Assembly (NCBI GenBank): GCA_040285825.1
Contig: JAUPSS010000004.1
Coordinates: 5,919,784-5,983,783, forward strand
DNA: 64,000 bases
Source of the DNA: Eukaryota sp. TZLM1-RC
Taxonomy: Eukaryota > Protista > Metamonada: BaSk clade
Reading direction: 5' to 3'
This document shows positions 23,401 through 35,522 of this stretch, one piece after another. A program made the position numbers and the translations under genes. The notes under the pieces were generated by a model. The model was given only the letters and a program-made list of their open reading frames with translations. It was not told where the DNA came from and did no database searches. How positions within the stretch are numbered: the stretch's first letter is position 1; each line of letters starts with the position of its first letter.

Positions 23401-26400
23401 CTGCATCTTTTTAACTTTATGTTGGCTGAAAAATCCCTTTTCAACAAATTGTCAATTGATCAAGTTTATTCAATTGGCAATTTAATCTTCTCAAATGTGA
23501 TCATTGTTTTGAATTGTTATAAGAAAAATGAATTAAGAGAATGAAATACAACACCATCCTTTTTTACTTAATTTGTTTATTAAAAGGTAAAGATAGCTAC
23601 TGAGTTCCAACAATATGTTTGCCAATTTTGAAACTGAAAATGTTTAAATTCTCATCTAATAATTTACAATCGGATGCAGCCATACTTGGTCTATAGCACC
23701 GGATCCCATTCCGAATTCCGAAGTTAAGAGGCCACAGGCCTGGTCAGTATTTGGGTGGGGAGACCACCAGCGAACACTGGGTGCTGCATCCTATTAACAT
23801 TATGTTGGCTGAAAAATCCTTTTTCAACAAATTGTCAATTGATCAAGTTTATTCAATTAGCAATTTAATTTTTCTCAAATGTGATCATTGTTTTGAATTG
23901 TAATGATAAAAATACATTAAGAGAATGGTAATGGTAGCTACAGTTTCCCAACAATATGTTTGCCAATTTTGTAACTGAAAATGTTTAAATTCTCATCTGA
24001 TAATTTACAATTGGATGCGGCCATACTTGGTCTATAGCACCGGATCCCATTCCGAATTCCGAAGTTAAGAGGCCACATGCCTGGTCAGTATTTGGGTGGG
24101 AGACCACCAGCGAACACTGGGTGCTGCATCTTTTTAACTTTATGTTGGCTGAAAAATCCCTTTTCAACAAATTGTCAATTGATCAAGTTTATTCAATTGG
24201 CAATTTAATCTTCTCAAATGTGATCATTGTTTTGAATTGTTATAAGAAAAATGAATTAAGAGAATGAAATACAACACCATCCTTTTTTACTTAATTTGTT
24301 TATTAAAAGGTAAAGATAGCTACTGAGTTCCAACAATATGTTTGCCAATTTTGAAACTGAAAATGTTTAAATTCTCATCTAATAATTTACAATCGGATAC
24401 AGCCATACTTGGTCTATAGCACCGGATCCCATTCCGAATTCCGAAGTTAAGAGGCCACAGGCCTGGTCAGTATTTGGGTGGGAGACCACCAGCGAACACT
24501 GGGTGCTGCATCCTATTAACATTATGTTGGCTGAAAAATCCTTTTTCAACAAATTGTCAATTGATCAAGTTTATTCAATTAGCAATTTAATTTTCTCAAA
24601 TGTGATCATTGTTTTGAATTGTAATGATAAAAATACATTAAGAGAATGGTAATGGTAGCTACAGTTTCGCAACAATATGTTTGCCAATTTTGTAACTGAA
24701 AATGTTTAAATTCTCATCTGATAATTTACAATTGGATGCGGCCATACTTGGTTTACAGCACCGGATCCCATTCCGAATTCCGAAGTTAAGAGGCCACATG
24801 CCTGGTCAGTATTTGGGTGGGAGACCACCAGCGAACACTGGGTGCTGCATCTTTTTAACTTTATGTTGGCTGAAAAATCCCTTTTCAACAAATTGTCAAT
24901 TGATCAAGTTTATTCAATTGGCAATTTAATCTTCTCAAATGTGATCATTGTTTTGAATTGGTATAAGAAAAATGAATTAAGAGAATGAAATACAACACCA
25001 TCCTTTTTTACTTAATTTGTTTATTAAAAGGTAAAGATAGCTACTGAGTTCCAACAATATGTTTGCCAATTTTGAAACTGAAAATGTTTAAATTCTCATC
25101 TAATAATTTACAATCGGATGCAGCCATACTTGGTCTATAGCACCGGATCCCATTCCGAATTCCGAAGTTAAGAGGCCACAGGCCTGGTCAGTATTTGGGT
25201 GGGAGACCACCAGCGAACACTGGGTGCTGCATCCTATTAACATTATGTTGGCTGAAAAATCCTTTTTCAACAAATTGTCAATTGATCAAGTTTATTCAAT
25301 TGGCAATTTAATTTTCTCAAATGTGATCATTGTTCTGAATTGTAATGATAAAAATACATTAAGAGAATGGTAATGGTAGCTACAGTTTCCCAACAATATG
25401 TTTGCCAATTTTGAAATTGAAAATGTTTAAATTCTCATCTGATAATTTACAATTGGATGCGGCCATACTTGGTCTATAGCACCGGATCCCGTTCCGAATT
25501 CCGAAGTTAAGCTGCCACAGGCCTGGTCAGTAGTTGGGTAGGAGACCACCAGCGAACACTGGGTGCTGCATCCTTTTAACTTTATGTTGGCTGAAAAATC
25601 CCTTTTCAACAAATTGTCAATTGATCTTGTTTATTCAATTGGCAATTTAATCTTCTCAAATGTGATCATTGTTTTGAATTGTTATAAGAAAAATGAATTA
25701 AGAGAATGAAATACAACACCATCCTTTTTTACTTAATTTGTTTATTAAAAGGTAAAGATAGCTACTGAGTTCCAACAATATGTTTGCCAATTTTGAAACT
25801 GAAAATGTTTAAATTCTCATCTAATAATTTACAATCGGATGCAGCCATACTTGGTCTATAGCACCGGATCCCATTCCGAATTCCGAAGTTAAGAGGCCAC
25901 AGGCCTGGTCAGTATTTGGGTGGGAGACCACCAGCGAACACTGGGTGCTGCATCCTATTAACATTATGTTGGCTGAAAAATCCTTTTTCAACAAATTGTC
26001 AATTGATCAAGTTTATTCAATTGGCAATTTAATTTTCTCAAATGTGATCATTGTTTTGAATTGTAATGATAAAAATACATTAAGAGAATGGTAATGGTAG
26101 CTACAGTTTCCCAACAATATGTTTGCCAATTTTGAAATTGAAAATGTTTAAATTCTCATCTGATAATTTACAATTGGATGCGGCCATACTTGGTCTATAG
26201 CACCGGATCCCGTTCCGAATTCCGAAGTTAAGCTGCCACAGGCCTGGTCAGTAGTTGGGTAGGAGACCACCAGCGAACACTGGGTGCTGCATCCTTTTAA
26301 CATTATGTTGGCTGAAAAATCCTGTTTCAACAAATTGTCAATTGATCAAGTTTATTCAATTGGCAAATTAATTTTCTCAAATGTGATCATTGTTTTGAAT

Positions 26401-29046
26401 TGTAATGATAAAAATTAATTAAGAGAATGAAATACAACACCATCCTTTTTCACTAAATTTGTTTATTAAAAGGTAAAGATAGCTACGGATTTCCAACAAT
26501 TTTGTAACTAAAAATGTCTAAGTATTCATTTAATAGTTTACAATTGGATGCGGCCATACTTGGTCTATAACAGCGGATCCCATTCCGAATTCCGAAATTG
26601 AGCGGCCACATGCCTGGTCAGTAGTTGTGTGGGAGACCACCAGCGAACATTGAGTGCTGCATCCTTGTAACATCATGTTGGCTGAAAATTGTTTTTGAAC
26701 AAATTGTCAATTGATCAAGTTTATTTAATTGGGAACTTAATTATCTTAAATGTTATCTGCATTTTCAGCATTATCAATGGATTTAGCCTCTAAATGTAAT
26801 ATGACGGTTAATAAAACCGTCGAATACTTATCGGCAAATGGTATTCGCTCCACGACCCTGGGATATGCACTTGGTTTTCTTCCTCTAAATGTGAATAACT
26901 TGGCCCCAAGCGTTGTTATGGATCGAATTCCAGATCATTCCTGGTACCAATGATTTTTTGATCAAAAGGAACTTATTACAAACCTTGGGGCTACGCACAA
27001 AGCACGGTTTCAATATTAATTTGGAACGCGAACATCGCACCATCTCAAATGCTGAATGTGAGTTTGATTACAGAATTTGTCAACCAATTAGATTCATTGA
27101 ACAATTGAGTAATAAATCAAACTTAGGTAATGGTTTTGGGCATTCCACATGATTTAGATGAGTTGGGCTGTAGAATATGCCTGGATGACATTATGGACGA
27201 GGAACGCCTAGTCGTGCCTACTCGAAAAATACAGTAATGTTTTTAGTGGGCTCCCTCACCCTAAGAGAATTGATTGTTAGCCGATGACCATTCCATTTTA
27301 TGACAAAAGTAAGGTAGTCAGAAGGAAACTTCGAAGATTAAACCCACAAAAACAACGGCTATCCCAGGCAATTTTTAACGAAGTGATCCGTATGGATTTG
27401 CTGTGACAGCAAAACGTCAATTTAGTGGTCCCATCTGTCTTGTGATTTATTCTGATCACGGGAAACAACGATTAACTGGCGATTTTAGTGGTATATGTGG
27501 AGTAAATGATTTAATTAAACATGTAGAGGCAATTTTACCCAGGATTACCAACATCTTAGAGTTTCTCAGAAAAGCTAATTAAATAGCAACTCAAGATTTA
27601 CCTAAGGCATTTTTGCAGCTCAAAACTTCAGAAGAGGATATTGATAAAACTACCGTTTCAATTCCCGGGTTGTAGATCAGCTTTAATAGGACTTGTTGTG
27701 GTTTAAAAAACGTTCCTGTAGTCTTCCAAAACATGATGATGGAAATATTTGATTCCGAAAGGTGTATTTATATATATCGATGATATTATAATAATAGCTT
27801 CAACCTTTCTATCCAGAGTAGGTACGGTCCTAGAACGCGCCAAACGTTTTAGAGTGAACCTAGGCCTACCCAAGTGTAGCTTTACCACTTGCAAACATGA
27901 AATAAAAATTCTATGTAGCATTTTTGTAAACAAAACCCGTTATATAAATGAATCTAGAATTGAGGAACTGATCAATCTACCCGAACCCAGGACATTACCT
28001 GAAGTTGGGAGTTTTGTAGGTTCGATCAAATATATACGTGACTGGTTGCCAAATTTGTCTGCTTTGATAGAACCATTCATCAAATTTCTAGAAACAAACT
28101 GTCAAAAATCAAGTGGACTTCTGACGAGGCTTTTGATAAGATTATAAACCTTATTAAAGCAAATATCCCTCTTGAGTTGCCCTCAGAAGACAAGCATATT
28201 CTAATTAGTGTTGATGCGTCTGATGTGGCTGTAGGTGGAGTAATAAGGCAAGAAGCTAACCAACCTAAAGATCTTACGACACCTCTAATGGACAGAAAAG
28301 TTGTACCTATTGCCTTCTTTAGCAGATTATTATCAACTTCACAAAAGAATTGGTCTGCACTTCAGAAAGAATTGTACGCAACTTATTCTCACTGACAGAA
28401 GTTTAGAAAATTATTTCATTTCGGGGAAATTAACTATATTCACTGATGATAGAAACTTAGCATACCTTATCTCAGCTCCTGAAAAGAACAGAATTGTTAA
28501 GATGTGGCTACCAATATTGTCAGAATTCAATTTTGATGTAGTTCACACTGCAGGCGAGGAGAATTATTGGGCAGACATGTTGTCTAGATTGGTTAATATC
28601 AAACCCAAAACCCCTCGAGTCCAACAAGTGAGAAACTTGGCACCTCACAGAGTTGAAGAACAATTACCCAATTTAAATTTATTAACTAGAGTTAATTTGT
28701 TAAGGGATGACATTAGACAACCGTCCAGAATTGAAGTACCCACGATCAATAGCTTATCTGCATAAAAAGAAGCAGTTGAGGATACTAAATTTGATTTATT
28801 TGACACATGGATCTCAAAGATTAGGCAAGACCAACTCATAGTTGTTGATTCAAAACCTGATTATTATAAAGATTACAAATATAATTCTGATATTCAATTG
28901 TATACCAACAATCGTGGGAAGATTCTTATCCCAGATAGTTTAAAGAAGCAGACTTTAACCATCATTCATGGACATGCAAATGTTGGCCATCCTAGTGTGA
29001 CGACTAGCGTAAAAAATTACTCAATAGTGATTACTTTTGGTTCGAC

Positions 29047-30330
29047 ATGCGCAAAGACATGATCAATCATACTAAGAGATTCCCAGCATGTCAAAAGTCG
29101 GCACATGTGCCTAAAAATGAATCATCTGGCTCTCTTTGCGCTGTCATTGAATCATCTGGCTCTCTTTGGGCTGATCTACCTTTTGCACGATTAAACGCAG
29201 ACACTATTGGACCATTACAACAAGATGATAATGGATTCAAATATTTAATAGTCTTTGTAGATTCGTTCACTAGGTATACGATCATTTGCCCTGTGAAGGA
29301 ATTGAATGCAGTGGAGGCAACCAATCACCTCCTATGGAATGTAGTATTAATTTTTGGTATCCCACTGTTGATTCATGGTGACAATGGTATTGAATTTGCA
29401 AATGCCATTTTCAAAGGGTTATGCGATTTATTAAACATTGAAGTAAGTCGTTCACTAAATAGCTTCTCACAAAGCAATAGTTTAGTAGAAAGACGACACA
29501 AAGACATTTTACAAAGTCTAAGAAAAATTTTGGTGGACTTTGGTGATTATAGCAATTGGAGTGAATATATCCCAATTGTACAACTTCAAATCAATTCAAC
29601 TATTAGTAGAGTCACTGGTCATTCGCCCTACAATTTAATGTTTGGTAGCGACCAAAGCCCTAGAGCTGATCCTAGTAATATGTTAGAACAAATAAAAACA
29701 GCTAATATTAATATTCCCTTTGTCAAAGTTCTTAGGGCAAAAATTGAAAAGATTTCAAAGAAGAGAGAAGAAGCAGAGCTCAGGCAAGCTCAACAACTGC
29801 CTGAAATTAACAAACATAGGAACCCTTTTAATAAAGGTGATTTAGTTCTGCGATCAAAGGCTAATGGTAAACTCCATTGTTGCTTCGTTGGCCTTTTTTT
29901 CGTTGAAGAAGTTAAATCCAATAAAAGTTTATTACTCAAGTATCTTGTCGCTGGTTCGACGTCTACGGCAAGTATTAATCACTGTAAATTATACCTCTCT
30001 GATTTCCCCAAAGAAGATATAGATTGGCATAAGAACATTGCTGCCGGTGATATGGAAGAATCTGTAATTATTAAAATTATAGACCACTTCGATTTTATAG
30101 ACTTGAATGATAATAAAATTCCTTATTGCACCAAAGTTTGGTATGGCAGCGAGACAACCTTTGTCCCTGTTGCTGACGTCAAAAGCACTGATGCATACCA
30201 ATCATATTTGCGTACCCTTGGTACCAGGAAACGGAAAGTGAATTCCAATTCTAAATCTAAATCTAAGACTAATTCCCCTGCAGTTAATTCTTCTAGCTCT
30301 TGTACGAGATCTAAGAGAGGGAAGAGTTAA
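29047..30330 (+). CDS. gypsy integrase core with chromodomain-like C-terminus
   Basis: DDE core intact; tail IIKIIDH..YCTKVWYG..TTFVP resembles a chromodomain. Confidence 0.75.
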   Translation: MRKDMINHTKRFPACQKSAHVPKNESSGSLCAVIESSGSLWADLPFARLNADTIGPLQQDDNGFKYLIVFVDSFTRYTIICPVKELNAVEATNHLLWNVVLIFGIPLLIHGDNGIEFANAIFKGLCDLLNIEVSRSLNSFSQSNSLVERRHKDILQSLRKILVDFGDYSNWSEYIPIVQLQINSTISRVTGHSPYNLMFGSDQSPRADPSNMLEQIKTANINIPFVKVLRAKIEKISKKREEAELRQAQQLPEINKHRNPFNKGDLVLRSKANGKLHCCFVGLFFVEEVKSNKSLLLKYLVAGSTSTASINHCKLYLSDFPKEDIDWHKNIAAGDMEESVIIKIIDHFDFIDLNDNKIPYCTKVWYGSETTFVPVADVKSTDAYQSYLRTLGTRKRKVNSNSKSKSKTNSPAVNSSSSCTRSKRGKS

Positions 30331-30450
30331 TGTTGTACTGTGGACAATTAGTCTAGTATAGACTTCACTAGTGATGGCCTTTATAAGAGCCAGTGAATTT
30401 TAATAAAGATTCTTATCTCTATTCTGTTACTGTATATGTCTAACCTTACA
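30331..30450 (+). repeat. candidate 3' LTR (120 bp)
   Basis: TGT...ACA ends; purine tract (30313-30326) just upstream; internal TATAAG and AATAAA; no 5' partner in window. Confidence 0.5.
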
Positions 30451-30504
30451 GCATCAATATATGATAAGTATTCTCGATATGAGTTTTTGCAAGTAATCAT
30501 AGAA

Positions 30505-30790
30505 CCGCTTGGTCCTCTTGCTTTATCTTTTCTGGATGATTTTGTTGAAATTGTGAAACAACGTAATGGAAGAGTTTTTGGTAAAACAGAATTGTATTTT
30601 CAATTTTCAAAGGTGTTGTTCCCTTATTATCTTCAGCTTTGTTATCTCTTGGACGCTTTTATGAAAGAAAAACCTCCAGTCAATTCTTCTTGGCTGATTT
30701 GGGTGATGAAGGCATAGAATTTTAACCTTGTCGTTTTGTTTGTTTTTAATTAGAATAAATAAAAATATAAATAAAAAATAATAATCATAG
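30505..30790 (+). mobile_element. RLE retrotransposon 3'-end fragment
   Basis: LGPLALSFLDDFVEIVKQRNGRVF then NRIVFSIFKG-like sequence; A-rich tail. Confidence 0.65.
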
Positions 30791-30981
30791 AATGTTAACG
30801 TCTTTAGGCTTATATGTAATAATTGAAAATAAGCCAACCTTTTGACTTCACTTTATTTCAATCACATTCAAACCTTTCAATTACAGACGTACAAAAAATG
30901 AAAACATAAGATGTGGTTTAAATTCAACATAACCTTTGAAAAACAACATTATATAAATAATTTATCTACAAAAATACAAAA

Positions 30982-32199
30982 CTATAAAACTGAATAAAAC
31001 CTTTTTGGACCATGTTCCTCGTAATCAGCCTTAGTGTAAACATGGTGTTTAAACTCTGGGGTACTCGCCATCTTTGAACCACCATACCAAACAGCGAACC
31101 GTTGAAAAGGTGAAGTTTCAACATTTACTGTAATATCTTCTACATGCTGAGTGCTCCTTTTCCTTATATCAGACATTCGTTGGTTTACAATTCCAGCTAA
31201 ATCTCGTTGTAGTCTCTTATCAAACTTGGGAAACATGGTACTACCTCCAGATAAACAAATTTTTCCATAGAGCGCTCTCCTAGCATCAATAGGGGATGCC
31301 TGGATAGACTGATCAAGGAGCTCGTGCAGGGGAGTAGTGAACTGCGTGGAGAATATTTCTGGTCTAAAAAACAGCTCTGGTCCTAAAAAGCGTTCATAGC
31401 CAAGGTCAAATTCAAATTGTTTTCCAGACGCTGAATCAATTCCTGTGAGCTGTTTGATTTTGTCCGCAGGTCTGTCATCAAATTTGTTAAACTCTTTGGC
31501 CAAATCTCCACATACATAAGAATGTCGTTCCTTTGCATAACTTGCCATTGCATTAACTTCATGTGGTGGAATGCTCTTTTCTCTATGACGCAGCATTTTG
31601 GCAATGAACTGAGTAATGTCACGGCCAGCAAGAGGAATATGCTTGATAGCAGAGCCAACGACATAGCCCTCTACAATGGGAATGATGTGAGTGACACCAT
31701 CTCCTGAATCAATAATGGTTCCAGTGATGGGTACTTTTTCTTCAGGGTTAAGGTTACCATAGAGCGCTAGAACGGCCTGGACTCCAATATAAAGACCTGC
31801 AACACCAAAGGTTTCAAACATTACTTCCGCGGTGTACTCTCTATTCTCTGGTGAGTTGAGAGGAGGTTCAGTAAGAAGAAAGTTGTGTTCTTCAGGGTTG
31901 CATCGGAGATAGTCAAACATACAAGAATGCCAGTACTTTTCCATCATGTCCCAGTTTTCGATCTGGCCATGCTTAAGAGGATAGTCTAATTCATATGTGC
32001 GAGCCATTTTCAGAGCTTCATCGCCAATGAAAAAATCCATATCGGGAAACGAGTTCGATGTTATGGTCCCTGGTTTTTTAAAGTTGTGCGCAACAGCAGA
32101 AGGAACAATGTAGTTGGGTATGTTTTGTCCGGCATATCCAAGTTTGGTATAACCCGTACCATTATCAATAACAACAGCCGGTCGATCGAGAGGTGTCAT
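30982..32199 (-). CDS. ARP3: actin-related protein 3 (Arp2/3 complex)
   Basis: PAVVIDNGTGYTKLGYAG, YLRCNPEEHNFLLTEPPLN, ENREYTAEVMFE, ERFLGPE, QRFAVWYGGS. Confidence 0.96.
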   Translation of the reverse strand: MTPLDRPAVVIDNGTGYTKLGYAGQNIPNYIVPSAVAHNFKKPGTITSNSFPDMDFFIGDEALKMARTYELDYPLKHGQIENWDMMEKYWHSCMFDYLRCNPEEHNFLLTEPPLNSPENREYTAEVMFETFGVAGLYIGVQAVLALYGNLNPEEKVPITGTIIDSGDGVTHIIPIVEGYVVGSAIKHIPLAGRDITQFIAKMLRHREKSIPPHEVNAMASYAKERHSYVCGDLAKEFNKFDDRPADKIKQLTGIDSASGKQFEFDLGYERFLGPELFFRPEIFSTQFTTPLHELLDQSIQASPIDARRALYGKICLSGGSTMFPKFDKRLQRDLAGIVNQRMSDIRKRSTQHVEDITVNVETSPFQRFAVWYGGSKMASTPEFKHHVYTKADYEEHGPKRFYSVL

Positions 32200-32274
32200 G
32201 GACTATGTCGAATGCAAGAATTCGTTGAGATTAGGAGAAATCTTTAGAATTATCCTTTTGTTTTACACAACCAA

Positions 32275-32844
32275 TGCAAGAATATCGTGTGTCGAAGAGC
32301 CTCTGCTGAAGGAAACACTTTCTCTGAATAATTTTGGTTCTGATGATAGAGGTGGTGTATACTGTGATTGGATTGATAATTCTGAAGCTATTGTTGACTT
32401 TGTCTCATGTAATGTTGCAAATGATACTTTGGTGCACGGAAGAAAACTTAATCATTTGACTGCTCTTGATTTTAAAGCAAAAGAGAAACATAGAAAATAT
32501 GATAAAGATATTGAAGAAGCTAATGCCGATAGAAATACACAGCTGGTTTTTTTGCTTTTCCATTTTCGATAAATGGAAGATTATCAGATGAAGCAGAAAC
32601 TTTTTTGAATGACTTCCAAAAAATGGCGCAAGAAAAAACAATAAAAAAATTGATATTTTTTTATGGCGTTCACGAATTCAATTTGCCGTTATCAATAGAT
32701 TACCTCGGTTTTTTAATCGAATAAGAGAAGCTTTAGCTAGACAGCAAGCACATCAAGATTTTGTAGAGGAAATCTTGGTTCAATGTCAGTCGTCCCAATA
32801 GTTATGAATTAATTTAATTAAGTGTGCATGTTCAATAAATATTG
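32275..32844 (+). mobile_element. family B RLE retrotransposon 3' fragment
   Basis: ARISCVEEPLLKETLS..; imperfect 12-bp TSD ACACAACCAATG (32265-32276) / AAACAATCAATG (32845-32856); 75 bp upstream of the Arp3 ATG. Confidence 0.88.
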
Positions 32845-33029
32845 AAACAATCAATGTTTATTCAATCATTTTTGTGATAGTCTTTGATTTATTCAATAGG
32901 GAATATGAAATCATGAAATACACAACTAAAACTTCTTCAAAATCTGCGTCACCTACATCACAACAATTAATTACTAAAGATTCAGAAAATTTCCCAAATG
33001 AAGAGAGTGATTCAGAAATTAATTTTACC

Positions 33030-33810
33030 TTCCCACAAAAAATGAAAATACAATCCTGTTTTGGTAGTAAACACGATTGAAAATTTTTCCAGTTCTTTCC
33101 TTTACAACTACAACGAAATCCTCAAGGAAAGCCATAGCAGCCTTACGCAAAGATCCAAGCAAAAAAAACAAAGAAGCATAAATTATATTGGGCATGAGAA
33201 TTTTCATTTAAAGAGGAAAGGGTTCAGCGTATTTAGCAATTTTATATTTTTCGCCAGCAAGAAGAGGATTATTGAGGTTTGAGTTAATGAAATGCTCGTT
33301 AGAAGAATTACAAGGGTCTATGGACATGGCGTCTAAAATAGTAAAACTACCATTCAAGCCGAGAACAACCAAATCACCTCTTGTCAGACCCATAGAAGCT
33401 CTGCTGTAGCGCGTACTTTCAATATTGGGGTCATTGAGAATTAATTTTGATTGCAGATGCTCTAAAAAGGAATCTACTATATGTGATCTGCACACATAAA
33501 TTTGGTCCCTGACATTATTATGCACTTTACTTTTAAATGTAATGAAATGTTTACAGTTCAAAAGATGAGTAAACAAAAGAGGTTTACCACATTTACAAGT
33601 TAAATGATTGGACAAATTGTTCGGCTACAGAAAACAATGAAAACGCATGTTTCAAAGCCATTCATTGTTTTTTAACAAAAGTCCATAAACAGAGGGAATT
33701 TGACTTACTAATGCAGCAGCAGAACTATTACGAATGTCCTTTGAAAAATTTCCGAAAGCAAGATTTTCAGTTTTGGCCAAGCCAAGTCTTACTTCGTAAT
33801 CCAAGCTTCT
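33030..33810 (-). mobile_element. family D RLE retrotransposon 3' fragment
   Basis: CKCG..HLLNCKHFITFKSKVHNNVRD..RGDLVVLG..LDAMSIDP..K-x-x-KY. Confidence 0.85.
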
Positions 33811-34076
33811 TATTTAATCATGATTGTCGCTAGGTGTGGATGATTCTGGTGCAAAGACTATTACTGCAGAGATTGTCGCAAAAATAGCAGACACTGTAAG
33901 GAGTTTGGAAAGCCTAAAAATAATTCATTATGATGTTTATTGATAGTATTTTATTTTTTATTATACTATTTATTTTTATTCAATTATCCATTAAATAGTT
34001 TCATATATTTTATTCATTGAAAAGAATGAAGAATTTCATATATATTTTCTATATATTATATTATATTATATTATTA

Positions 34077-35260
34077 CATTTTTTTAGTCCTAAATTTGGT
34101 GGAGTTGGTTTTTCAAAAGCAGAGTATTTATGCAAAAGTGCTTTTATTGGTGGTATGAAAAATTTTCTTTTTGAATGGAAACTTCGTTTTGATCATATTC
34201 CTTTGAATGAATCACATCCTTTATTAATTTCTCTTGAAAAATGGTGCAAGAACTACCTGTTGATGTTTGGAATAGGAGTTTTCCTTCAAGTTTGCCTACT
34301 GTGCCTTCGAGATCTTTCACCAATCTTCATCTTGCTGTTGTGAAATTACAGAAGTCTGTTCTTATTGGTTTTTGAAGACCTGGATTTTTCTAAACGACTT
34401 AGTGTGACTAAGATTAATAATCCCGTCTTTGCTGCCTTTTTATCAGACATTCAGAACTGTACTAGTTTAATATCTCAGCAACCAAGGCCATTTGGTCTTC
34501 ACTTAACAAATGAAGCTTGGAAACAAAACATGCGGTTGAGATTAGGGATGTATCCAAGTGGTCTTTTGGACAATTCTTATTGTATTTGTAACAAAAAACC
34601 TACTGCCAATTTTCGTCATATTGTGAGCTGTAAGAAATTTCTCCAATATAGGTCAGTTCTTCATAATGCCGTTCGTGATGTGACATATGAGATGTTCAAG
34701 TGTTACAATTTTAGTTGCAAAGTAGAACCTTTGTTGAAGCATTATAGTGATGATAATCTTTTTTTAATTCACGTCGAGGTGATTTAATTGCTCCTTTTGT
34801 GGATTCCTCTCAAGTTGTTGTTGATTTCACTACAGTTGATCCCTTTGCTTTGGTTTATCGCGATGATGTTTTACTTAGTACTAATGGTCATTTGAACAAG
34901 GCTGAAATAAATAAATATACCGGATAAATATACTGAGATATTAAATGATTTAAATAAGAACCTTTATTCGAAGTTTTCGTTTGTTCCTTTTGCCTTTTCG
35001 ATTTTTGGCAACATTGGACAATCCGCCTTGAATTTCATCAATGATTTTGGTAATTTATGTCGTTCAAGTGGTAAGAATTTTGCAGAGAATTTATGGAAAA
35101 ATCGTATCATTTTCGCTTTGTACAGAAGTGTTCCCAAGTACTTGAGTTTAATGATGTCTAAACTTTATAAGGATTCATCAAGAGTTGGCGTGGAGAATTT
35201 AGTTTCTTATGTGTTTTAGTTTGTTCTATTTGATTCTTCGTAGAAAATAAATAAATAAAT
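34077..35260 (+). mobile_element. family A RLE retrotransposon, 5'-truncated
   Basis: SPKFGGVG thumb motif, then RLE near-identical to 1925-2697; preceded by short (ATTAT)n; ends in (AAAT)n. Confidence 0.88.
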
Positions 35261-35516
35261 ATTATTATTATATTATATTATATTATATTATATTATATTA
35301 ATTTATTGAATTTGCACACTTGATTAAATTAAATCATAACTAATGGGACGACTATCATATTATATTATATTATATTATATTATATTATATTATATTATAT
35401 TATATTATATTATATTATATTATATTATATTATATTATATTATATTATATTATATTATATTATATTATATTATATTATATTATATTATATTATATTATAT
35501 TATATTATATTATATT
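35261..35516. repeat. (TTATA)n microsatellite interrupted by an inverted ~58-nt family B 3' UTR (35301-35358)
   Basis: Pure ATTAT repeats on both sides; insert is the reverse complement of 41578-41635. Confidence 0.92.
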
Positions 35517-35522
35517 CAGCGA

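Larger units (their letters stand above)
14900..26740 (+). repeat. tandem 5S rDNA array, about 32 units (periods ~390, ~382 and ~339 bp)
   Basis: Repeated GGATGCRGCCATAC..GATCCCATTCCGAATTCCGAAGTTAAG..GGGAGACC..GCTGCATC with a conserved AT-rich spacer; 32 gene starts counted from 14967 to 26546. Confidence 0.95.
26750..30450 (+). mobile_element. degenerate 5'-truncated Ty3/gypsy LTR retrotransposon (RT-RNaseH-IN, possible chromodomain)
   Basis: RT YIDDII (~27772); RNase H VDASD, QKELYA, NYWADMLSR; integrase DTIGPL/VDSFTRY/GDNG/VERR; RT-RH-IN order; many stops and frameshifts. Confidence 0.92.

Noticed and set aside
14900-26740. Repeat array as CRISPR, and its 61-87-aa ORFs as proteins
   Set aside because: Units are 5S rRNA genes with near-identical spacers; the ORFs are shadows of the rRNA sequence
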